From positions 1 through 64,000 of the forward strand of contig CDRNVI010000074.1 in the NCBI GenBank assembly GCA_977017575.1: a DNA stretch of 64,000 bases, given 5' to 3'. Shown one piece after another: positions 29,162 through 39,751 of this stretch. The first letter of the stretch is position 1. Each line of letters opens with the position of its first letter. A program made the position numbers and the translations under genes. The DNA comes from Paramoeba atlantica (lineage: Eukaryota; Protista; Discosea). A model generated the notes under the pieces. It ran no database searches. It was not told where the DNA came from and saw only the letters and a program-made list of their open reading frames with translations.

Positions 29162-31060
29162 ATGAACCTCTTCAACCGCGTTCTCAACATGGGCCCCGAG
29201 CGCTCTCGTGAACGCCTCCTCGCCACCCTCGCCCAAATCCGAGTTCTCCTCGCGGACCTCCCGGAACCCTCCCGTGCCGCGGATCTCGAAATGTGCGACA
29301 TGATCAGCCGTGTCGCGGACACCGAGCACCACGACCTCGGCACCATGCTCTCCGCCCACGAGGCCGCCCGCACCCTACTGCGCTCCGTGCGACGCAAAGC
29401 GCTGTGGCCCACCCACCCCCTGCCGCTCCCCAACAACGTCATCTGCCACGAGCTCATGTACTACCACCACCCGCGGTACGGCCTGATTGTGCTTCGCTTC
29501 TTCAACCCGCTGCCGGTCCCCAACGCGGATCTCATCTGTGACCAGTGCGACCACAAGCTCGTGCTGGGGTACCAGTGCGTGGATGACGCCGGGGAGCGCG
29601 ACGCGACGAGCTTCGATGTCGGCTTCAGTGGGTTCGACCTCTGCCTCGGGTGTGCCACGACGCACTGGCGACGACACTGGCGGCACTTTCTGAGCTGGGT
29701 CGGAGACGACCCCGCGATTCTGTTGGAACTCTCGAAAGAGGAGATGGAGGAAATCGTTCGTGCAGACGGGGAGGAGAGGTGGGTGGTGAGACGCCCGTCG
29801 AGGGCAGGGAGGGAGGGGGAGAGGGGGAGAAAACCCGTAGAGGAAGCACAGGTAGAGGGGACAGAACGTTCGTCGGATCCTGTAGCGGAGTTCGTGGCCT
29901 CAGCAGAGGATGTGTACTACCCGTGTGGGGATATTGGGCATAACATTCGACTGTGTAGCAATAAGTTGGGTACGTCATGGGTGGAGGATGTGATGGAGTT
30001 TGAGATCTTTCCCGTGGGGAAGAAAATTATTGTTGTACCCGACTTTCTGTTTCATCATTTAATAGACCATTGTCGGGATCGGGCAGCGCTAAATGAAAAG
30101 GTACAGACACAGCGTCTGGAAAAAGAAATCGAAATGGAGGAGAGAACTAAAAAGAAACTTGAGTTAAGCCCCTCTAAAGGTACAGAAGAAGAGCGCATCC
30201 GTGGAGCAAACAAGCGCGAGGAACCCCAATGCGAAGAGCCTACGAGCGACGCTTCCGCGCCGCAAGGTGACTCCGAGGATTGGGAAACAGAGGAATCCTC
30301 CAGTTCGGAAGATACAATTGTGGTCACCATGGAGGATGACGCACCGTCGAATAACCAGTCTGAAGGAAGCAGCATGTCTTCCGACGAAACCGGACCAATG
30401 AGATTGGAATCGCATAGGACGAGATCGAGTTCTCGCACGGAGAACACTGCATCTGATCAAGGGTTTTCTGTGATAGGGCAGAACAGCATTATTCCCCTTC
30501 CCGACCCTCGTATGGCTTGGGATGTGGTGTATTCTCTCTATCACGTTGACTATGCAGAATCGCCCACATCGGTTGAGGAATGTTGTTTGTGCACCGAGCC
30601 ACTGAGCGATGGAGCGGGTGGCAAACTAAGCGCTGTCGTCACGCCTTGTAAACATTACTTTCACGAGGGTTGTTTGCAAAAAGTCCGTCGTTCGGAACTT
30701 ACGTCTACACATCAGCTGTCTGATGAGTTTCGCTGTCCTCTGTGTCGTTCAGTTGTGCACATTGAAGAGATCCAGGGCGTCTACGCGCAGAGAGCCCGGG
30801 TTGCATGGAAAAACAATTGTGAGAGTCTTATACGGGTTAACGCGAGTGAGTTTCTGACCGAGGAAAGAACATATTGCGCACAGTTGAATCAGATATCTAC
30901 GACTGATGAAACCGATACCAAAGAAAATCGAAACGGAAAAATGTTAAAAGAGATTCCAACACCTTTATGTTATTATGTTATGTTGGTAAATGATTATCGT
31001 GCACCTGAAACGTCGTGTACTTTCGTTCTGTGCGTGCATCGTTGTACCGGTTCTGGTTGA
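29162..31060 (+). CDS. RING-H2 protein with a ZZ-like zinc finger (putative E3 ligase)
   Basis: ZZ-like CDQC...YQC...FDLCLGC and RING-H2 CCLC...PCKHYFHEGC...CPLC. Confidence 0.8.
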   Translation: MNLFNRVLNMGPERSRERLLATLAQIRVLLADLPEPSRAADLEMCDMISRVADTEHHDLGTMLSAHEAARTLLRSVRRKALWPTHPLPLPNNVICHELMYYHHPRYGLIVLRFFNPLPVPNADLICDQCDHKLVLGYQCVDDAGERDATSFDVGFSGFDLCLGCATTHWRRHWRHFLSWVGDDPAILLELSKEEMEEIVRADGEERWVVRRPSRAGREGERGRKPVEEAQVEGTERSSDPVAEFVASAEDVYYPCGDIGHNIRLCSNKLGTSWVEDVMEFEIFPVGKKIIVVPDFLFHHLIDHCRDRAALNEKVQTQRLEKEIEMEERTKKKLELSPSKGTEEERIRGANKREEPQCEEPTSDASAPQGDSEDWETEESSSSEDTIVVTMEDDAPSNNQSEGSSMSSDETGPMRLESHRTRSSSRTENTASDQGFSVIGQNSIIPLPDPRMAWDVVYSLYHVDYAESPTSVEECCLCTEPLSDGAGGKLSAVVTPCKHYFHEGCLQKVRRSELTSTHQLSDEFRCPLCRSVVHIEEIQGVYAQRARVAWKNNCESLIRVNASEFLTEERTYCAQLNQISTTDETDTKENRNGKMLKEIPTPLCYYVMLVNDYRAPETSCTFVLCVHRCTGSG

Positions 31061-32348
31061 CTCTTTGATTTGCGCTCGGTTAGTGGAAAGCATGTGTATA
31101 CTATGCTAACTGGTCATGTGACGGTATGTTGTTCAGTTTTACAAGATACATGAGCATTTAATCACGTACCAGTAACGACACAATTTTCGGAGTTCACGAC
31201 TACAATTTTATGGTGTGTTAGAAACGTTTATCTACACTCCCTTGCGGAAAAAGTTCCTCCCTTGCGAAAAAAGAGATCTTTGTTTCCACCTGTTGTTGTT
31301 GATGCAGTACCACCTTGCTCTCCCAGGGTGACGTTTTCCAAGTTTTCGGCCGAATTACCCATGCGAGAACGACCTTTTCCCAATCCTGCCGTATGATCGC
31401 ACTACTTGACATCATGATGGCAATTATACAAAGCGGTTCAGATATACGAATGTAGGCTGACTATCATTCCTGATAATATGTACAGTGTACAAGGCTTCTG
31501 TAGTGTGCTCAACCATTTTCTCAAATATTTAAGCAGGTAGTTTAATCAGTAATTAAAGCTCTGGTAATTCAAGCTGTGGTAGTTACAAGATGATGTGTAC
31601 TCACTACCAGTATAATGAGAACAAGAAAATAATGTTTTTATTAATATTGAACTACAAGGTTCTGATTATAATTTATGGTATGTAGTACAGAAGGCTTCTT
31701 CATTAGATTTGAAGACAAAGGCGCTCTGGAAATCATCAAGCATGCATTACTGAAAGTTGATGTGAAACCAAAGGTTCTGGACGATAGGCAATGTGTTTTT
31801 ATTCCAGTTTCGGTCGCTGAAACAGTGCTGGACATTATAGCAGCCGAGCAATTCGAGGTGTGAAAACAGAACTCAAATATGAACTGTACGAATATCATCC
31901 TTGGTATTGGAATATTATGGCATTGGATCCTTGGTATTGGAATATCACCACTGGTATTGGACGAGTGGAATCTGCGTTTCCCGAATTCTAGTGCATAGAA
32001 TAATTCGTAAGTTTTTCTTTCGTAAGAAGAAGAAAGATTTCTTTCGAAGAAGAAGAAAGATCGCTGAAAATATGTGGGATAAAAAATATTTTTTAATAAA
32101 ATCCATTCATTCCAATAGCAAATGTGCATACTCTGTCCTTCTTTTATGATTTCGGGATCCTCGTGACGCTTACGCTTGTTCACCGTTTGCAAAGACGAAA
32201 CCTCAAGCACCACCTTCAGAATCGTAAAGTTAACAAAATGGAAGAAATTTGTTTATTAAAGCAAAATTCGCATTTTTCAAAAATTTCAATTTTTTTAATG
32301 TTTTAAGTAGAAAAAACAACTTTCAGCTTCTAGATTCCAGCATAAATA

Positions 32349-33069
32349 CTGTCACCCCCCCTTTATACTTCAGGGGGGTGAACCCGCCCTTTATACTTTC
32401 GTTTTCATCCCGACTAAAAATCAGCACCCCCCCATTTATACTTCCGGTCAATTTTTTTTAAAACCATTTTCCACATGTTTTTGTATTAAAAGTTAGAGAT
32501 GTGTGTAGAGGTATTCCTAGATATAAATTTGTTCCCATGCCATTACTCACAGTCAGTTAAGCATTATACCCCTCTTCATCGCGTTGGGACTCCCAACGAA
32601 ATAATAGTTTCAAGCGCGGAGCCTTCGACGTTACCAGTGTCCATCGGTTCACCCCAGGGAGGAAAGAACCCAACAATGTAGGAGATGTTGAATGTGTGTC
32701 ATTCGAGTAGCAGTGCTCAACAAATCAGCGAGATGTACGGCGTCTGATCTCGAACCATCCGCTCCGTCCCGAAGAATGGTGTCGGTTTTTTCCAGAAAAA
32801 AATAAATCTATCGTGGTCGGAAGCGCGATGGGGTTATTATGCCCTGCATGTTTGGAGATTAGATGATTGATTTTTATCTAGAATAATAGAAAACCAGCGC
32901 CGCGAAGCGGCGCATTTTTTTTTTTTTCCCCCTTTTCAAAACATTTGTTTCGCGGATTTTTCAAAAAATCAGACCCCCCCTTTATACTTCCGAAAGTGAG
33001 ACCCCCCCCCTTTCTACTTCCAAAAGTACCGAAACCGGCGGAAGTATAAAGTGGGGGGGGGTATGACAG
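32349..33069. mobile_element. TA-flanked MITE, about 720 bp
   Basis: TIR CTGTCA(TA)CCCCCCC..TTTATACTTC. TA at 32347-32348 and 33070-33071. Subterminal CCCCCTTTATACTTC repeats. Confidence 0.7.
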
Positions 33070-33083
33070 TACGTACACAAGAC

Positions 33084-33914
33084 TTACAAATGAATACAAC
33101 GACAATGATCTTGCAGATTCTCTAAGATGCGCAGCATCACATCGCCGCCATTGCATCGTAGACTGCCGTTGCATTTTTCAGCATTGGCTTGCACACGATC
33201 TGCCCTTCTCACTTTTCTTCCAAACACATTTCCTTTTCGATTCAGGCGCTTTTTCGCCACAGAATTCGCACACTCTACGGTGTTCTTGTGAACACCCTCT
33301 GCCGTGACCCATTAACGGAGGTGATTTACACTGTTCCACTTATAACGTTCACCAAGACGGATATTGTGCCGCGCCCCATCGGTCCAAATTCTAGTACTCC
33401 CCCCGCACGCCAGATCTTCAATGCGAGGAATCAAAGTGCTCGCCTTGCGATCAGGTACTACTTCCATGAATATTTGAGATAATTTGTACGTTTGAGTAGT
33501 CACGGCAATGGTCTGCAACTTCTGTACCATCATCTCGCACACGTTTTGCACCGTAGGAACCTCGGTGACGTTTCCGCACAGAAAAAAACGTCTTGTCACA
33601 TAGCATGGAATCAACACTGCCTCGATTCCTGATACGCCGGCGAACGTGAGCTGTGACCATCATGCCATCCATCCATTGACTTAAGGATACGATGCTCTGC
33701 TTACTAAGCCCTATCTCCGCTGCCGAATCAGCGTGTCGTCCACCACGAGCGTACAAGATTATGTACTTTATAGTTTGCTATGTGCTCCGTTGTGCCCTTC
33801 CTGGTATGAGTGGTCCCAAGGTGGCGTACATTCCCTTGCACCTTTTAGTACACCTCCACTTCTCGCCAGTGATGTACATAGTGTAGGGCACCTTGTGCGC
33901 TGCCTTGTAACATG
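33084..33914 (-). pseudogene. Merlin/IS1595-family DDE transposase remnant
   Basis: Across frameshifts: WRC..RC zinc ribbon, CDKTFF..RK..RG, EVVPDRKASTLIP.I, IWTDG, VNH...GVHKNTVE. Internal TAA after VNHLR. Confidence 0.8.
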
Positions 33915-34180
33915 CAGTCCGCGTCATACTGACCCCCCCTCCCAGGAAATCTTAGTTTTCCTATTCGATTTTTCTCATCTATGCAGCATTCGAGAGATAT
34001 CGTTCCCATAGGAAAGTAGTGCTTTTGCCACTGTTTTTACCACTGTTTTTACCTTTTAGCCAGACGCTTCGAAAAAGTGGAAAATTGCACGTTTTTTTAC
34101 CAAAATTTTGAATAGATTTAAAAATTGCTTATTTTTTCATTACTTTTTTTCCGGAGGGGGGATCAATATGACGCGGACTG
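33915..34180. mobile_element. MITE, about 265 bp
   Basis: TIR CAGTCCGCGTCATA(C/T)TGA(T)CCCCCCTCC. TA on the right flank. Confidence 0.65.
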
Positions 34181-34890
34181 TACTTTTGCGGCCAAAGACA
34201 GATTTTGGGCTTAATTAAGTTTGGGCGTAATTAAGTTTAGACCGGTATTTCGGGATTGCGACTCCGTTGACAATCTGTGACCCTCAAGTTAGAAATCTGA
34301 TTTGGTGTGAATTTATGTCGCCGCAGAACTGTACTAATTGTTTCAGCGGATGTAGGCTTGAGTTTTACCACCATATCCTGAATAACATATCCTGATAACA
34401 CACTCCCAACTTTCATTGGGAATTCCTTTGATATGCATCAAATTTTCGATGACCATTATAAATAGGAATTTTAGCTAAAGTTATACACTTGATTCAAAAT
34501 TTATGTTGCGATTTGTATAAGCAATGGAAAGAGATCCTAAAATTGTGGGGCTATCAGAGTTCAACGCTGGATGGGGAGCAGCAAGAGATATTGCAGACGC
34601 CATTGAAATACTTAAAAAATTGTGTGATGCGACTGTACATAAACCATTAGACGAGAATGATTTAGCCACCTACGAGAAAAATTGGAATGCGGCGCTTCAT
34701 GTCATACATGACAATCTTTGCTGTCGGAGGGATCAGTTGCGAAGAATATCGAATTCCTCATTTTAAACCAATGAAATATTTTAACGTGGCACTACGCTAG
34801 GCTACCGCAGCGTTTTTTGCATGCTTCGCTATGCAATTTCCTGTATTAGCTGATTGTTGGTGGATCTTGAAAAGCTCACAATAATGAAAG

Positions 34891-36995
34891 TACCCCCCCC
34901 TTAGATATCCTAGTACGCTACTTATCCTCTTTTGTGATGAAACCTCTGGGTCACGAGAGGATAAGTAGCATACTAGTTTACAGAGAATCTTTTCAGAATC
35001 TTTTCTTAAAAAATCAGTAGTAAAATTTTAAGAGTTGTGCACAGTTATATTCAGAATAAAATTCTCGGTGTTCTGAGAACAATGAGAATCATGATTCGTA
35101 GATAGGAAGCAAACGTTTGTCAGTGAGTACGGCGTTCATTTTCGACGAAAGATACAGTGCTCGCAAAAATTAGTAAAACTTTTATTGTAAAATAATAAAA
35201 AAGTTTTACTAATTAAAAATTTACTAATTTTTGCACTGCCCCCAAAAAGTTTGCCAACTTGGTAAAATTAATTTTTGCAGATACGGTATTTCTGTCGTTT
35301 GAGTACGTTGTGCAAAATGTAATTCTGAGTAAATATCATCTGCAAAATGGTAGTGCCAGGGAAGACCGCGATGAGGTCCCGACCATGCTTCCCCATGCTG
35401 AGTTTGTCAGGCTTTAGTGAAGCATGTTTTTCAGAAAAGGTGTCTTTACTTTGCGAAAAAAATGGAGAGTATGTAGACGGTACCTATAGATCGCTGTAGG
35501 TCGCTGGCAGTTTCTGGCGGGAACTCGCGGACTCTGACAGTTTCTGGCGGATTCTGACAGTTTCTGTAGGTATTTTTTTAGAGTGGAGAGCTAGAGGGGG
35601 TGTACTAGACTAAATAAGGGAACCGCGGTGGTTATGCACAGGTACCGCGGTGTATGTATATTGTGTACAATATATAAATATATTGTGACTGGTGATGAGA
35701 CTTCGGTGTGCCGGGAGCCCACAAATGAAATAACCTAAGAAATCCGTGGCACAAAGAGGGTGAAGATTAAGACATGAAGGTTAAGACATGTATCAAAGAA
35801 AAGGCCATGGTAACATCTTGGTTTTGGACAATGGACACTATGCAGTTGTCCACTGCCATCTGGTGCCATGCGCTGCCATCCAGTGCCATCCAAAACGGAG
35901 ATATGAGCGAGGCCCGAAGACCTTTTTTTTGATTTTTTTGAGGACCGAAGAACTTTCCATTTCCGCCGGATGTTGTAGGACAAGTGATGGCCTTGATATG
36001 AAAAAGCGGCTAATGTCGGATTCAATTGTACTCATTTTTCAAAAACACGACTTTTCCTTTCCTTTTGCAAAATAAGATATTTTCTCGGTCTCTTCTTGTG
36101 CGTTCTCTGTCATGTACATGTGCGGGCCTGAGTTGAATTTTAAAGTGAAAGCATGATGGAGACACACCAAAAACTTTTGAAGATTTTTTGCGTTGTGACC
36201 GGAGAGAAATGTCTTCACGATCACGAGGGTGGGAAAGTTCTTGACTCTGTTTCCAGTATTTGTCGGAGGCGATGTAAGCACGTAAGTTTCAGAAAAAGAT
36301 TGTCTCGATTACTTCCTTACTTTTATTCAGATGTGCGCAAACCGTCCCACAAATTTTAGTTTTGGTTACTTGTAGTACACAAGTTTTTTAGTACACAAGT
36401 ACATAATTTTTTTTTAGACACAAAAATTAGTCATCCAGTGCCATCCGCTGCCATCCAGTGCCATCCAAATCTTCATAGTGTCCAATGTCTGTGCTTTTTC
36501 CCGGTTCCTCCCCAGAACAACGTACTTGGGAACATCGTTTGTTTCCACTGCACCTGTTGTGGAGCGCTCAGTCTTGTCAAAGTCGAGTTGCACGGGAAAC
36601 GAAAGCAGCATCAGATCTGTACTGTTGCACTTCAACCGTTACAGGATCAGGTTGGATAACAGGAGCTTCCTTTTTTCAATGAATGATAGAGGATTTATTT
36701 TGACACGAGCAAGTATCCACCCGGCAAGACTTTATTCGTGCTAGACTTGTACGCAATTCCTTTTTCTTGATTTTGATGCCTTACTTGGACAGCGTGCAAC
36801 TCCGTCCAAAAGAACACATCGGCGAATACTTTCGGCGCGGTTGTATCATGCTAAAAACAACTTCTGGAGCAAATGTCGCGCGAACTTCTTCTAGTACGCT
36901 ACTTATCCTAGTATGCTACTTATCCTAGTACGTTACTTATCCTCAAACTGCCCATTTCGGAGACGGAATGCGGGATATCTAAGGGGGGGTAACGG
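34891..36995 (+). mobile_element. pogo/Tc5-like (DDE_1) element, copy A, degraded, with nested insertions
   Basis: TIR (CCGT)TACCCCCCCTTAGATATCC and 17-bp subterminal repeats TAGTACGCTACTTATCC. Remnants IVTGDETS, GSGWITG and TLFVLDLYA. Confidence 0.8.
35833..36483. mobile_element. PIF/Harbinger-like MITE nested in pogo copy A
   Basis: TIR GGACACTATG, 3-bp AAT duplication (35830-35832, 36484-36486), internal GTGCCATCC repeats. It splits a region that is contiguous in copy B. Confidence 0.6.
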
Positions 36996-37057
36996 TATTG
37001 TAATTTCATCCATAAGCATCTTCAGAAGTTTTTGACTTTTCTACATTTTGATTACAA

Positions 37058-37526
37058 AATTCTTTTTTAGGCTCATCGTTAAACGCGGTGGTTGTTTTCA
37101 ACTTAGAAGTCACTCATGCTGCGCGCTTCGCGTTGAAAACTACCACGGCGTTTAACGAAGAGCCTAAAAAAGAAAATTCGGCCTGGAAAGCTAAAGGAAA
37201 CACAAAGATTATAGCCAAAATTAGCCGATTTTCAGGTAAAAATGGGGTGATTTTTTGCGTATTTTTGCTCTCAGAGCACTAAATCCGATATATGCGTGTG
37301 AGAAATCACTCGTAGGCGTGAATGAAAGCTTACTGAACGTATTGGGTAGAGAATGCGACTCCAACCACACCATTCTTTTGACATAAAAAGACTCATTTAG
37401 GTCCGAAAATTACTTTTTCGCAATTTTTGGTCAAAAATGGGCCATTTTGGGAGGCGTTTTCACTGTTTTTGTTCACTTTTGTTTTATTATAATCGAGGGT
37501 AGAGCGGTAGTTTTACAGCCACCGCA
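37058..37526 (-). mobile_element. Hairpin-ended element, copy 2 (internally deleted)
   Basis: Close direct repeat of about 3520-3920, fused to the family terminus ...GGTAGTTTTACAGCCACCGCA. Confidence 0.75.
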
Positions 37527-37581
37527 ATTCTTTCTATAATATTGGGGGGATAACTACGTATTGGGGGAATTATTGGGAGTA

Positions 37582-39649
37582 CCGTTACCCCCCCCCTTAG
37601 ATATCCCGCATTCCGTCTGCGAAATGGGTAGTTTGAGGATAAGTAACGTACTAGGATAAGTAGCGTACTAGAAGAAGTTCGAGTGACCTTTGCGCCAAAA
37701 ATTGTTTTTAGCATGTTACAACCGCGCCGAAAGTATTCGCCGATGATTTCTTTTCGTCGGAGTTGCACGCTGTCCAAGTGAGGCATCAAAATCAAGAAAA
37801 AGGGATAGGACTCCCTCGGTTGGGTGACTTGCGTACAAGTCCAGCACGAATAAAGTCTTCTCGAGTGGATACTTGCTTGTGTCAAAAAAATCCTTTATCA
37901 TTCATTGAAAAAAGGAATCTCCTGTCATCCAGCCTGATCCTGTAACGGTTGAAGTGCAACCGTACAGGTCTGATGCTGCCTTCGTTTCCCGTGCACCTCG
38001 ACCTTCACAAAATTGAGCGCTCCACAACAGGTGGTGGAAACAAACGGTGTTCCCAATACTTTGTTCTGGGGAGGAACCGGGAAAAAGCACAGACGCCCAA
38101 AACCAAGCTGTTACCATAGCCTTTTCTTTGTGACATGTCTTAACCTTCACCTTCTTTGTTCCACGGATTTCGGAGGTTATCTCACTTATGGGCTCCCAAC
38201 CCACCGAAGTCTCATCACCAGTCACAATAGTAGTGTACCCACCGCGGTCGGCATTCATAAGAGCGATCGTATCAAGCAATTTGCTGACTGATTCTTCGGG
38301 GTCGGTAGGAACAAGTTGTGTACAACCGTTCACCCGGCGTCGGCAAATTGACAAAAGCGTAGCCAGAACTTGTCTTTGCCGGACTCTGACAAGACCCGAA
38401 AGTGAGCTGAGTTACCAGAGAAAAACGAAAACATCATTCTCTTCGTAACTCTAGTGAGTAATATTCTCTGGGGCAGTACCAACAACGACAGGGTCTTGAG
38501 GCATTAGAGCACCCCTAACCTGATTCGCGCTAAAACTAAGTGGAGGCAATGGTTGACGCATTTGGTAGTAGTAGAGTTGTAGTATACAGTGTAGAAATAG
38601 TATAGAAGCATCTATATAGTGTATGGTGAACAGAAGTTTTTTTGGGTAATATGCAGTGTAAATATAAGTTGAAAGTGAAATTTTTCAATATTTTTCGAAT
38701 TCAATTTTTTTGAGGGAAATGTGCAGGAGAAATTATTTCAATAGGAATTCGAACATCTTTGGAAACATACTCCCTATATTTCGGACCTTTTTTACTTCTC
38801 AAATGTTCTGTACAACGTGTACTACTTTGGCCTATTTGCTGCCAGCGCCCTCAATTTCGCCGTTAAAGGCGGTAAAAACGGTGTGTTGGCCGCGAAACCA
38901 CTGCTTCGGGTTAAACACCCCTTGCGAATGTTGTGTCCACCCTGATAAAAAAGCTTCAAGTAGGGGGCTGCGGGTAAAACCTCGAGAAACTTCTCCCAAA
39001 CTTTGGTGAAACCTGGATGCAGCCTCAAGAAACCTCGATGACACCTTTCGGAACTTCGATGAAACTTCGCGAAACCTCGGTGAAATCACGCGAAACGTTG
39101 AGAACATAATAATAAACCCCTGGTGAAGCTTCGCGAGATGTCGTGAAATCGCGCCTCCCGCAGCCCCTCAAGTAAGTGATGACATCTAGAGAGCAATATT
39201 TGAGGGAATCAAGAAGGAATCTAAAGAAGAATCTAAACACTAAATAGGGGGAGACAGTCAGTGTAAAGTCGAGTGTAAAAGAGTTGAAATGCTACTTTGA
39301 ACGCCGCTAAAACCGTTTACCGAACGTTTAAATACAATAGAACAACCATTTTAGGGTAAAAATTATTAAAAGATTTTTTTCCAAAAAAATTTTTTTTTCA
39401 ACCTACATTTATACTGCCGGTGACCCGTTTTTTTTGTACATGCGCATGTTACATGATGTATCTATCGATGTATTTCTATTCTGAATATAACTGTGCACAA
39501 CTTTAAAAAAAATACTACTGAATTTTTTTTAAGAAAATATTCTCAAAATTTTCTCTGTAAGCTAGTACGCTGCTTATCCTCTCGTGACCCAAAGGTTTCA
39601 TCACAAAAGAGGATATGTAGCGTACTGGGATATCTAAGGGGGGTAACGG
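37582..39649 (-). mobile_element. pogo/Tc5-like element, copy B, with both TIRs and TA flanks
   Basis: CCGTTACCCC...TTAGATATCC at both ends, TA at 37580-37581 and 39650-39651. Minus-strand remnants FWLRF, IVTGDETS, SGWMT and LFVLDLYASH. Confidence 0.85.
38963..39167. mobile_element. 205-bp MITE with GG-starting TIR and 7-8 bp target duplication
   Basis: GGGGCTGCGGG...CCCGCAGCCCC flanked by TCAAGTA on both sides. Internal degenerate GAAACCTCG repeats of about 11 bp. Confidence 0.65.
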
Positions 39650-39751
39650 TAGTTACAATATTAAATAATATCTATATTCAAATCAAAAAAAAATTGAAAT
39701 TAGAAGCAATAGTACTAAAGTACGAATTAATATTCGCGCTCCACTCTTCCG

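Noticed and set aside
31218-31415. QDWEKVVL resembles the MBF1 N-terminus
   Set aside because: No downstream HTH similarity in any frame, and it is on the strand opposite to all host genes.
31675-31863. Short protein-like ORF vaguely like a T5orf172/GIY-YIG tail
   Set aside because: No catalytic motif, and an in-frame stop lies just before the ATG. Not assignable.
34524-34766. 80-aa protein-like ORF
   Set aside because: No recognisable motif. May be a fragment but is unsupported.
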